Below, piece by piece: positions 12,301-24,234 of a DNA stretch of 64,000 bases. The notes beneath the pieces are model-generated. The model saw nothing but the letters and a program-made list of their open reading frames with translations, searched no databases and was not told where the DNA came from. The translations under genes and the position numbers were made by a program. Source of the DNA: Iphione sp. A-MEVVRFRX5 (lineage: Eukaryota); assembly GCA_976226885.1 (NCBI GenBank), contig OZ320316.1, positions 34,038,001 to 34,102,000 on the forward strand, given 5' to 3'. Each line of letters starts with the position of its first letter. Positions within the stretch are counted from its first letter, which is position 1.

Positions 12301-14257
12301 ATAGTAATGAATGAACTAAAACAAGAGTATAGTATATGTACCTTTGTAGAGCTGCTTTCAGATTACCACGTAAATCCTTTTCTTTTCTAGAATCTATCAT
12401 GAAAATGGAAATCATCACGTGAAAAATAAGATCACTCTATCAAATTAAGATTCATGAAAGTAATGCACATGTTCACCACAAAGTTGGCCACCTATTATAG
12501 AAATTATATTTGTCATTTTATATGAACCTTGTTGTATTCATGTATAGAGCAGCGGAGATTAATAAAATGGAGTAAACGATTGAGAGGTCCTTTTGAGAGT
12601 GAACGTATACAGCTTGTCTAAAGTTTTCAAGTTAATCACAATCGGTGGGGATATCTATTGGGTTTTCCTTGTCTCATCAGGAGAGAGGGACTAGGGGCCC
12701 TAAGTAGAGAATAAAAGGAGCTGAGCATTTCTGTGAAGCTATGTTCTTGTTTGTACCCTGGTTAGATAAATTATGAGACATACGGCATAGTTTTCAGGCA
12801 GAAGTGTCCACTCCATTTGATATGCCTCCGCTATAAAGACACTATATGAGTACACTGCCCTTCTACGGACAAATCACAATTCAGGGCTGGGCAACATGTT
12901 GCATTTTGCAAAAAATGTGTGACAGGCATTCAAAAATGCGACAAAATTCTTTTCCTGTCCACTGATTTATTTTGGTCTTTAGTGACACAGACATGAAAAA
13001 TGTGACAAAGTCTCTGCATGGGCACTGCAATTAGATCTCTTTGAGTGCCCAGCTCTGCAATTCTGGTCCTCTTTGCATTAAATTTAAATTTCAGTGTCTA
13101 ACATAAATATTCTTGTGTATTTTTGTAGATGTTCATCCAATAATATTGTTTGAAGCAATGCGGTTATAGAGTTCTTTTAAAAACTAGTGCAGTAGAATGC
13201 TCGGAGTCCTACTCATGTGAATTCATACAGTTACATATAAGTACAATCCCAGTAAACATGTCTGTATTGTTCCAATATCAATTTTGTACAGTTAGGTACT
13301 GGTAGTAATGGCAGATAAAAACCATTACCCAGGCAATAGTAGACAATATGTACATGGAAAAATCATCTCCTGACATTTGAAGAAATGCATGGGCACAGTC
13401 TCGGTGCCTAATATATGGGCCAGGCCCGTAACAACAGGGGGGGTCAGGGGGTACGCAATAATGCTTCACCAACAATTGAAACTACCTATAACGTTTAAAG
13501 AAAGGGCAGATAAGGCTTCACCAAGAATTGATTCTTTGATAACGTTTCACCAGAATATGCTGAATAACGTTTAACGCTTAATTCAGAGGGCAAATAACAG
13601 TTCACCAAGAATTCAGATCACCAATAACGCTTCACCAGAATAGTTGACCCCCCCTGTGTAACAAATGGAGTATCGGGGGTATCGTCCAATACCCCTCGGA
13701 GGAATCAATGCCTATGCATGTACATCGAGATAGTCACCAGCTGTTCCACCTCAGGTCTGATACTCCCCCACAACAAGTCCTGGTTACGGGCCTGTGGGTA
13801 CAAAGCTATCATTCCGCCCATCAGGATGAATTCCTTCCTGTTGGAATCTAATTATGTCATACACGTCCCTGACACATAATATCACATGTACGGTGGGTGA
13901 TGCTGTTAGACTGTAGGTGGCGTTATGGTTGCGGTTAAGGTGGCGCAAGCATTTCATCACTGTTGCAAGTATAACATACGTAAGTTGTCTTTAAACGGAA
14001 GGAAGGAAGACAATTATTAATGCAGCATGCCTTTCACTTCCTCACGCTGACAAAGCAGGCTAGTTACGTGTTCTGGTTTTACACAAGACTACTAGAATTC
14101 TCTTACCTGAATATACATCATTTTTATCTATACCAAAATCTTGATCCGAAATTACACTAACTTCTTTATGAGAGTTATCCAGAAAGAAATCTTTCAGTTC
14201 TTGGGCTCGTCTGGTTTTGCCACTGCATGGTAAACCACACAATATTATGACAGGCAT
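7451..14257 (-). CDS. KTI12: KTI12 homolog (Elongator cofactor, P-loop ATPase), 275 aa, 9 exons
   Basis: Exons 14107-14257, 12342-12393, 12069-12121, 10108-10163, 9675-9754, 8933-9092, 8386-8448, 8140-8208, 7451-7594. All GT-AG, phases consistent, 828 nt. Motifs MPVIILCGLPCSGKT, VILDSPNYIKGFRYELYC, RFESPDSRNRWDSPLF, TLAELQRLRRQFITFTK. Confidence 0.96.
8629..8896. other. Assembly gap (also 23296-23437 and 53692-53827)
   Basis: Runs of N, all within introns of the models above. Confidence 0.99.
9289..9376. repeat. (AG)n microsatellite; similar tracts at ~41822-41910, ~52975-53045, ~57040-57110
   Basis: Directly visible dinucleotide runs. Confidence 0.95.
12882..13057. mobile_element. hAT-like MITE with 5-bp TSD
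   Basis: TIRs CAGGGCTGGGCA / TGCCCAGCTCTG. CAATT immediately flanks both ends. Confidence 0.7.
13421..13794. mobile_element. hAT-like MITE (same family as 54325-54507)
   Basis: Perfect 12-bp TIR CAGGCCCGTAAC/GTTACGGGCCTG, internal repeats of TTCACCA(A)GAAT, flanks TGGGC/TGGGT. Confidence 0.7.
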
Positions 14258-14452
14258 TGCGAGTATCTTTGAGCGATATCAAGTGAAAAATTAATCACTA
14301 TCATTGGTTTTGTAAGTAAGTTTCGTAATTACGTAATTTAGTCAAGTTTTGATTGTCATCATCTTAATAGTTAGATAATATTATATAAAATATTTGAATA
14401 CTGAATACTTCTTCACAAATCCATTAAACGATTTTGCTTTATATACCGCAGA
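14258..14452. promoter_or_regulatory. Bidirectional promoter KTI12/DUT
   Basis: Only 195 bp between the divergent ATGs. Palindromic bZIP-type site AATTACGTAATT at 14327-14338. Function is inferred from geometry. Confidence 0.65.
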
Positions 14453-16641
14453 ATGTTTCGTATGAATATTTGGCGCCAAATTCGGACGGTTCCCGCGATT
14501 TGGAACAGTAGAGGTTTGCCATTGAAGTGCTACCTGCGTCAAATCTACAAAATGCCTGAAGTACGTAGTGAGACTTCGTCCCCAGTAACAAAGCAGCCAC
14601 GCATTGAAGAGTTGGAAAATGCAGCACCTGTCCTGAAATTCGCTAAGCTCAGTGATCAGGCCTTCACACCCACAAGAGGTTCTAAACAAGCAGCAGGCTT
14701 TGATCTATACAGGTGGGTATAGTGAGGAAAGGATGAACCAGTAGTTGATCAAATTTCAGGCCGAGTGAACAATACATTGGTTTTATTTTGGGATGCATTT
14801 TTAATACACATAGAATGGATAAGGATAAGTCTGCAAATAGCAGAACGAATACCGCTTGTGGTACCATTTGTGCACTTTAAAAAGAACCAACTACATTGTA
14901 CCACTGCACATTGGTTTTGGAAATGGGAGTTGCTCTGCTACTCCACAATAGATGTTGATCACGTTCATACTTTCTTTGTATTAATGTCACCGGTTGATAG
15001 TTAGAGATGCATTTATTTATTCGAAATTTTTGTGAAATCAGTTTCACTTTTGAATGTATAGTTCAGTATTTTTCCGGATCACTGGCATGATTTATGCTTC
15101 CCGCCATTTTTGCCAAAGCATGTTCATGTACATACTGTGGTGAGCACTGATAGGGTTCAGGCATACCGCACTGACTAGATGAACTGTTTCTGATCTGTCA
15201 GGGCACTGAAATACAAAGAAATTGAAAATTATAGGATCTTCCAAAGTACCGTCTTTTCTCGTCTGACGTTACTCCTCTTGTTCTTACCGCCATGTCAAAC
15301 TGTTCACTTTTGGCAGTAACCTGTATCACTATCAGTGTACTCAAATGTCCTTGCCACAGCCCTCTTGGAGTTATGTCAAAAAGCGTTTTCCCTTTTTGAA
15401 TAGTGCATACGAATACACCATTCCTGCCAAAGGCAAGGTGCTCGCCAAGACTGACATCCAGATTGCATTGCCAGAAGGTTGCTACGGACGTGTTGGTAAG
15501 TTTTTTCCTGATACTTTTTTGAAAATAAATGCAGTACAGTAGAACTTTGGTAATGGGACTCCACCCATACATCTCTCACCCGGAGCATGGGATACCCCTT
15601 TAATGGGGACGAATTCTGCTGGGACAAAGGCTTTTATATGTAGTTTATGTACCTCTCAGAACCAGGGACATCGCCTAAACAGTACATCACTTCTTTATTT
15701 TGGCTTCCTTTGAGGTAGCTGACAGTACATTAACATCTAGAAAATACACAGGTAAAAAAAAATGTAATGATTTTCTCTTTACAGCTCCTCGATCTGGCCT
15801 CGCCCATAAGCACTTTATTGATGTTGGTGGTAAGCACATCTCCTCCTATACTTCAGCTTTTGATACTAAGAAGTCAGTAGTTTATGGAAGTTTCCCTACA
15901 CATCGAAATGTCATTGGGGAGGAGCTAGAAACACTTGTTTAAATTTTTGTACTTGTTCTTCAGCCGGTGTGATCGACCAAGACTACCGTGGAAATGTTGG
16001 TGTGATCCTCTTCAACTTCGGGGAGGAAGAGTTCAAAGGTACTACACACAAAAATGTATCTAAAAATAACATTAGATTCCTGATTTGAAACTAGATACCA
16101 AAGTTATAAGCACGTTTTCATTTTATATTCTTCAATTTCCAAACAATCGTCATAACCTTAAGAAATCCCATAAAGCCCATTACTAGTAAATGATACAGTT
16201 TCTCCAGTGATTTAAATGAACTTTCCGGAACAGATTTTGGTGTTTCCAGTGCTTTTTTTTTCATTTTATTCTTTTTCATATTCTACTGAACGTCGTGACT
16301 GGTTTATCTATTTTTTTTTTAATTGTCAACGTTCCTTTTCAGTTGCACGGGGTGATAGGATCGCCCAACTTATCCTAGAAAGGATATTCATCCCTGACCT
16401 GGAAGAACTACAGGTTAATAACACCACTTACATTTTCTTTTGGAATCAGTGATTTGAGAGTTACTTTTCCGCCATAATTACGTCTTTTTGTGGACTCACC
16501 ACCAGCCACATTTTTCTTGCCTGAAGGTTTCATATTGCTCCTTTTTCTTCAACTGAATTTCGTGCATGTGGTTATCTTTTCCAGACCCTTGATGACACAG
16601 AGCGAGGTGCTGGTGGCTTTGGTTCCACAGGACAGAACTGA
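14453..16641 (+). CDS. DUT: dUTP pyrophosphatase, 199 aa from ATG 14453 (166 aa from ATG 14552), 6 exons
   Basis: Exons 14453-14712, 15404-15495, 15785-15829, 15964-16038, 16343-16413, 16585-16641 (600 nt, GT-AG, in phase). All five dUTPase motifs: [40 protein letters not shown]. Confidence 0.97.
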
Positions 16642-16847
16642 CCCAACTGCCAATGGAAGCAGATCTGAGGCATCCTTAAGAAGCTATGCTTTCATTTTGT
16701 CACCTGTACATATTTCTCTGTAGATATCAATATTGTGAGATCTCAACTAATCACGATGTAATAAACTTATGAAGAAACTCATATCCCTGTTCATTATGCT
16801 ATTTAATCAACATGAAGAGATAACATTTCTAGTTAGTATGCTAATGA

Positions 16848-17203
16848 CAGGGTCCCCACTCAAATTTCATTTTCAAATTCCCTGTTCTCACTGAGTTTTC
16901 CCTGTGCTGGTTTCTATACAACTTTACATGACAGGACTTATTCCAAGTTTGTTGTTCTCTAGCATATAATTTTTCAATTCCACAACTTAGACTCACTCCA
17001 GTGTGAACAGGTCATAATGCTGTCAGAAAGCCAAAGGAAAATATAAGCAGTTAAATGTTTGACTGCCATGAAATATTTCTTACTATTTGATTACATATAG
17101 ATGGTATTGACTAAAAAGTCTGATTTCTTGAAATTGATTTTCAATTTTTTTCCCCCTGTGTTTGCCCCAAATTCCCTGTTTTCCCTCTGCAGTAGGGACC
17201 CTG
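16848..17203. mobile_element. hAT-like MITE with 6-bp TSD
   Basis: TIR CAGGGTCCC/GGGACCCTG, subterminal AAATTCCCTGT repeats, TAATGA on both flanks (16842-16847, 17204-17209). Confidence 0.7.
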
Positions 17204-18290
17204 TAATGATAGCCTAATGTGATCTGTAATGTGATCTGAACTTGCTATATATATAAGTTGTTCGGGGAATCTGCCTAAGACAATGAATTTGGACCAGGAA
17301 TTAAATACATTCAGTTGAAACCACTGCTTTCTTGACAATTGTAAAGGAAGTTTTTCAGAATAGGTCTACAATTCAGAAATCAGTATGGGGCCTCGCCATT
17401 TTATCATAGCACAAGAGCTTTCAGCACTTTGGTTGTCTTGTGTGTCAGGCAGTTATAACAATTCGAGAAATTAAGACACTCATCACTGGTAAATGTGGCA
17501 ATTAAAGTTTCGAAAACTATTCAAAAATAAAGTGGTACTGGAGGTTCAGCCTTCAATTTGGCTCTAACATCAAAGAACAGGCTCATCCCCCTTTTCCTGG
17601 CTCCGTGGCTCCATATAATGGAGGTCATCCTATCTGCTGACCTTACATTAGCCTGCAGCAGATATGACCTCCATTGAATACATTAACAACCTCAATGCAG
17701 TCAGCCCATGTAGACATACTGCTAGCTCTAAACTACAGCCACCTCACCATCTAGTGTCTGTTTATTGCATAATGTCAGAATTCTGTTTAGAGCAAAATTA
17801 AAACTGGACAAAGCCTCAGATGGCAATTCCTCAATTACTACAGTTGACCACGTCATGTGTGATGCCTATAAAGCTACTGGCTAGAGTATGAATATGATCA
17901 GAATGGGTAGTGATCATATTGGTGAGGATTTAGGCACTATCCTCATGCATGTGAACTATACGTCGGTCACCTTTGGCATGGTCCAGGCTGTCTGGTTCTC
18001 CCCGAAACCTGCACTCACAAAGTTGGCTCAGTACGAAATCATCCTTTCTGCTGGGCTTTTACACCATGGGTAGTGTATAAATTTATATGCATACTATCTA
18101 GTAGACTTCAGTGTAGATGTAATCTGGAGGATGTTTGCAGTGATGCTTCCTAACCTGTACTTGCTAGATCGATATGAAACTGGTTGAAATACATGTACTT
18201 AGGTGAGGAATGTATATGTAGATGTATATATATATGCCTCTTGTCAAATGTATGCTGATGAAATTGAGAGAAACAAATGTATCCCAACAA

Positions 18291-21200
18291 CTACAGGTTG
18301 CTACCTGTAGTTAGGCCTGAGGTTGGCGCACTTTCTTTTATAAGACCCTGGACTTCCTTGAAGTTCGGATGGTTCTTGTCTGCAATCAACTGAAGTAAAA
18401 TGGCCTCACTAGTCGTCACTATTGCCCCAGAATGCCGGAACCGCTACAGCAATAAAAAAAGACGTAAAAGGAGTTAGCAACATCTCAGAATTGATGAGGA
18501 GACACTAGCCGACTATTTTTTTTGGGGGGGGGGGATGATCCTGTAAAGTAATGTGCCTGTATACATTACAAGTAAGGAGTACTAATCAGAGAAAATAAGT
18601 CACACAAATACAGTTGAATGCTGCTATGCAACCAGACGGCAAAGCTGGCGAAAACTTTATTGCGGCTAAATCAGCTCAGAACGTATTTGTCTCTGTTAAC
18701 CTATGTATCATACTAGCACAATGCGACCAGACCATAATGCGACCTTACCAGCCAGTGATCATATATCTTAGCGTTATATATATTATTTCAACACTGCAAT
18801 GTGACCAGATGTGTTAGCATGATAGTCGGATGTCCTAATCCAAAGTGTTGAAGGGATATTCATTGTTTAACCTGCTGGCAGAGGTGCTAGCACGACCACT
18901 TCACTCTAATAGAACAGAACAATTGAAGGGTAATTCTTTACATTTTTCAAATTCCGCACTTTTAGGACACTTCCTCGTCATATTCAGCACTTTCAAGACT
19001 CTCACTCATCAAATTTGGCACTCTGATGAGCTCATTGCGATCAGAGCCACAAATGCAACCACTCGAGCTTTGACCAGAGGGGTGGTGACAATATGGTATT
19101 CAACTCTATGTCCATTGGAAGCAGTACATGTATTTGGTACTCTTGGTTAAATTATATGAGATTTTGCAAAACACAACACTAAGACAAGCTCCATGTGTGA
19201 CTGGGAGGGAATAAGCAACTGTACCAATCTTCTGCGTTGCTGTCATTGTCCCAATAACAGATTTGAAATTGCTTACAGCTTATAAATGTAAATGGATTTT
19301 CCTGCAGTTGAGGTGGCGCGGAAAGTGTCTGAGAGAACAACACATTTATTACAAGTCAAATTCACCTAACCAGAGGTATCTGTGAGGTTGAAGTGGTACT
19401 CTGAAACAATATTTACTGGAGGTCAGATCCGTTCATATCGTTGAATATCATAAAGTGGTTACCTGACTTCCACTTCTGCAGGGGATTAAGAAGGCTACAA
19501 AGTTGTGTGGCAGAACTCTTTTAACTCGGAGCCAGTACCAGAAGCAGTTACCCAGGATTTGCTAAGGACTGACTGGGTGTTTGTGGAAGTGCTGATGCTG
19601 GTGGTTGGGAGGGGGCTTGCAAGCAGAGCCTGCCAGGGGTAACCATCTACCTTGCAATCAAATAGCCGGCAGCTAGGTGAGAGGGGGTTTCCAAGCAGAG
19701 CCCGCTGGTGCTACATAAATATCACCCTGCTGGACGGTGGGCAGCTAGGGGGAGGGGGATCATGAGCAGAGCCCACCAGTTTACCCATCCACCTTGCAAC
19801 TGGCCAGCAGCTAGGTGGGAGGGGCCTTGCAAGCAGAGCCCGCTAGGGGTAACCATCCACCTTGTGACTGGACAGCTGGCAGCTAGGCCCGAGGGGGCTG
19901 GTTAGCAGAACCCACTAGTACTGCATGAAAAGCTCCCTGTTTGAAGGCAGGAGGTAGGCGGACTGCGGGTGGAGTATGCCACTGCCATGGAAATTGCTCC
20001 CTGCTAGAGGGTGGGCAGCTAGGTGGGAGGGGAATCATGAAAGGAGCATGCTGGTTGGGCATGAATAGCTCCCTGCTTGAAGGCAGGAGGTTGGAGGATC
20101 TTGAGCAGAGACCACTGGTACCATACAAATAGCTGCCTGCTGACACGGATATGACCTCCACATAGCAGCATGGGCTGCACACTACAACTAGTGCTATCTT
20201 GTTTGAATTGTTGTCTTCTGCACAATATTTGAACCAGTGCAACAAGTGAAATGCTCACCTCAAAGGCAAAAATCCGATCCATCTGGCTGCGGGAAGAGGT
20301 TGCATCGGCCACAACATGCACCTCATAGCCTTTCTTGATAAGGTCAATTACCGTTTGTTGGACACAGACATGCGCCTGAGAGCAAAATGCATATACATTG
20401 TATTGTAAGTAATGGACTGTGCGACGGGGTAACTGAACCAGTATGGATTAAATAACATGCCACAACACAGTTATACGTTCATGTACTAATTTTTCATCGT
20501 TTACATTGACATGTACCCATATTTACTTAAAGGACAATGTCACTGGTAGTGTGAATCAACACTTCAAGGGTAACAGCTGCAGAGAATGGTTGCCATATGG
20601 GGAGTCTCCCGATTCATGACCATAAAAATCTACCATATACTTTGCACACTCTCCGTTTTTGAATCTTAACACCAGTACATCCCTGGCTGAGCTAGAATAA
20701 CTGCCTTGCCAATTATAATGTTGAAGAATAGGTCTCAGCTTTTATTTCATAGCTGCAGTGGTTGTACATCTGCATCGGGCAGATGATTTGGAGATGCCCA
20801 GTTAAGGGTCAACTGTACTAATAACATGATACTGTGAAAGTAACGGTTGTCAATTAATACCTACCTCAATACCAAATAAGACAATGGATTTCAGCTCCCC
20901 ACTGCATAAGGTAGGAAGTAGCTGTTCCACATCAGGGATGACCATACTAAACTTGGTCTTTTCGAAAACCCCGTGGGCATGGCTGATATCAAGTTCTTCA
21001 ACTGTGTGCAGGAGACCCTTTGGATACTATAAAAATAGAAGTAAATGCACGATCAAATATATTTTCCTTAAAAACAGACGAAAATATATCTCAAAATATT
21101 TCATATGTAGTGTAACAGTTGCAGTAGTGTTAACTGGTTACAGTGGTGGCATGATGCCAATTTTTTAAATGCAAGAAATACCTATACAGTGTATGTTAAC

Positions 21201-23724
21201 TTCAGTAGAGTAAAATGTTCGCTCTTACAATTCCTGGCAAGCAGAACATGTCAAATTTACATAAGGTTACCTGTTCAGTTACCACAAGAGGTATATTCAG
21301 TATCTTTGATGCTGCAACCTGAAACGGCAAAAATACGTTACGCACAATTTATCAACTTTATAGTCTTAAAAAGAATAGTGTACAGAGATAAGATCAGATA
21401 ATGTACTTTCCCGACTCTATCGCAAAATACATGTAACACATTTCCATTGGTCACAAGTCACAAAAGGCAAAAAATATTGTGTCATATCTGGGTGGCTTAC
21501 AGTTTGGCGATGGGTCAACAGACAGAGAATGACTGCTTAGATATTACTGGACTGTGGATGAAAGTATCCAAATCTACATTTGCTATCGTTAGAAATAAAA
21601 TTCCTTGGATATGTTGTATGCGAGTGGATAGTTCCAAGATGGCGCATCCAGCTAATAGCTTAATACATATGCATTTCTAACTACAATCTTCTGTCTAGTG
21701 CAATAGCCCCATAATTTAGGAGAATACCATATGTCCCTTGTGCATGGTGTCCATGTCCAACAATGCTGAACCTGCATAGTTCCCTAGAGAAAAGAACTGG
21801 TTGCTGATTTGCTAAGTTGCTACACTCTGTACTGCTGTACACAGATGTGTAACACACCAAATGAATCCACGTGGTAGGAAAATTTTGTTGTGTAAGCACA
21901 GAACACATCCACATCCACATATATGCATCATTGTCAGTTTGTGCTGGAGCTGGTACGTCCACAAGAAAATAATAGTGCATGTATGTGTATAACAAAATGT
22001 TACAAGTGAGCCGATACACTAAACCTCTGATTTTCCAGCAATAAAGCATTATAGCTCTCTAGCTGCAATCTTTGTGGAAAAATGAGTGGTGGGACATAAT
22101 GACCACATAATTAACGTTTAGCTAGAAGCCGTCACAACTCATGATTTTTACTATTTGTGATATCATAATGGGAAACCCACAAATGAGATTACATTATTTC
22201 CAGATGTTGTCTGAAAAAATGGTAAACATATACATGTACAGAGGAGACTAACTACAAGAATCAGTATTTTTGTTCCCATCTCAAATGGTCGTAATAGCAA
22301 TTAAGAATGGTCGTAAACTGATGTGGTCGTAAAAAGAGATTCTACTGTACATAGTAACGGTGTGGCTATCACTTTGGCGATCCCTCCATTAACTATACAG
22401 ACCAAGCGATTAACTGTACAGCTCTTCAATATCGAATTCTGGTTTAAGGCTTAATTTCTATACCTGTGCTTGTTTCATATGCGAGTCCATGGAAATGTGT
22501 TACAGTGATTAGTGGGAAACATGGAAAGATGTTATCCAAGCGTTTTTAAATGGATATGTGGTTTTTGTGTACTTGCACCTTGAACACAGATCTGTGCTCT
22601 GTGATAAATGGAATATGTGCCAATGTGAAACAAGGAGCCATGTTAGAACAAGCAAGTGCCAGTACATGAAAATACTGAACTTCTTAACCATAGATACCAA
22701 TAAATATGGAAACATGTATGGAAAACATACAAAAAATACACAGGTACACTGTTCCTTGTTCCTGTAAACAAAGCTTTCTAATCTGATACTATATTGACAG
22801 GAAAGTTCAGCTGCAGTCAGTAGTTGGAAATGAGGCGAGGACAGGAGGGTAAAATGACTGTCATTAAGTTTGATTTCACACCGGGAATTCAATGTACATG
22901 TATCTTATATCTCACCAACTATTTAAAACGGGGTGACGACGTCCGAAAAAAAACATAACTCAACAACCACTTGAGGAAGTTGAATGATTTGCACGATCAC
23001 AAAGCCAAGACTTTAGACTTTAAGGTGGACATACAAAAGAGTTTATCAAGTTTCAAGTGTCAAAAATCTAGTGCTACTAACCACCATTGTGTGCACCACT
23101 AAAACAGTGCATTCTCTTATCAAATCAGTATATGTGAGTCGATTACCTCAATTTACGCGAAGAAAATGGCGTTTTCATCTGGAAACTTTGAGTTAATGAT
23201 AAGGTCTATTATCACTACAATATAAACCACTGCTACTGGTGGAAATATTTTAGAATATGGTGACACCTCTGAATAAACTAGCAGGTGGAGGATATNNNNN
23301 NNNNNNNNNNNNNNNNNNNNNNNNNNNNNNNNNNNNNNNNNNNNNNNNNNNNNNNNNNNNNNNNNNNNNNNNNNNNNNNNNNNNNNNNNNNNNNNNNNNN
23401 NNNNNNNNNNNNNNNNNNNNNNNNNNNNNNNNNNNNNGTGAAAGATCATGGTATATGTCTGTGCTGTGACTGCGACTAAGCTGAAAACCTTTCCCTCTGG
23501 CTCCACTGTACACAAACCAGCGCTTGGCCGGTGACCCGGTATCGAAAAGCATCTAGTGCCTGCACGAAAACAAAAGGTTTGTAAGTAAAATTTACCAGTC
23601 TCTTAGAAACTTGAACTATGTCTGCAAAATGTGCAATGGCTGGTCGAAAACGTTCCTGCATATCACACATGAAAAATGCAGTTTTGTTGGCTGCAACATC
23701 ACCAAGAACTCTGCCGGCTGCCAT
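18291..23724 (-). CDS. ISOC1: Isochorismatase domain-containing protein (ISOC1-like), 202 aa, 5 exons
   Basis: Exons 23596-23724, 21271-21318, 20865-21026, 20259-20375, 18291-18443 (609 nt, all phase 0). Motifs [56 protein letters not shown] resemble ISOC1 more than ISOC2. Confidence 0.92.
19610..20110. repeat. Degenerate GC-rich minisatellite (~65-70 bp unit) in ISOC1 intron 4
   Basis: Recurring GCAAGCAGAGCCCGC...GGGGTAACCATCCACCTTG...GGCAGCTAGGTGGGAGGGG, then GCTCCCTGCTTGAAGGCAGGAGG variants. Confidence 0.75.
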
Positions 23725-24234
23725 CTTGGACTTTGTATTGATCATGTGATCAGTGTTTCTTGTCAAACTCCGACACAGGAGATTTCTTTTCCGCCAGAAA
23801 CAAACTCGTCAACATTTGACAGTTCGATCGGTATTGCCGGAGGAAAGTGTGCCAAAACCAGTCGTTGGCGATGGTAAATTTCCTTCTAAGAGGAAGAACG
23901 TGCGTAAACTTCAAGGTTAGTGTTTTTGATTGCCAAAAGAGTTTCGGTACGCTTGCAATTCTAATTAAACGTCTTATATGATAGCGTTGCTGTGTGTACA
24001 CACACGTAAACAGTTAACCGGGTTACAAAGGCAACAGGTGATATCACATCTAGCTGTCGATAACAGTGACCGTGGAACCTTGGGCAGTTGATATTAGCTG
24101 TACATTCGAATCAGTTTGATATTGTGAAGGGTTTATGGATGCAATACTTGAAGCATTAGCTCTCAAGAATTTATATAAGGTACACTTGGTTTGGACCTAA
24201 TTGCACTTGCAAGCAGGAGCCTGTTATTTGTTGT

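Noticed and set aside
17990-18060. - strand AERMISY*ANFVS resembling a carboxylesterase motif
   Set aside because: A single short motif with a stop and no supporting flanks; probably chance within the ISOC1 3' region.
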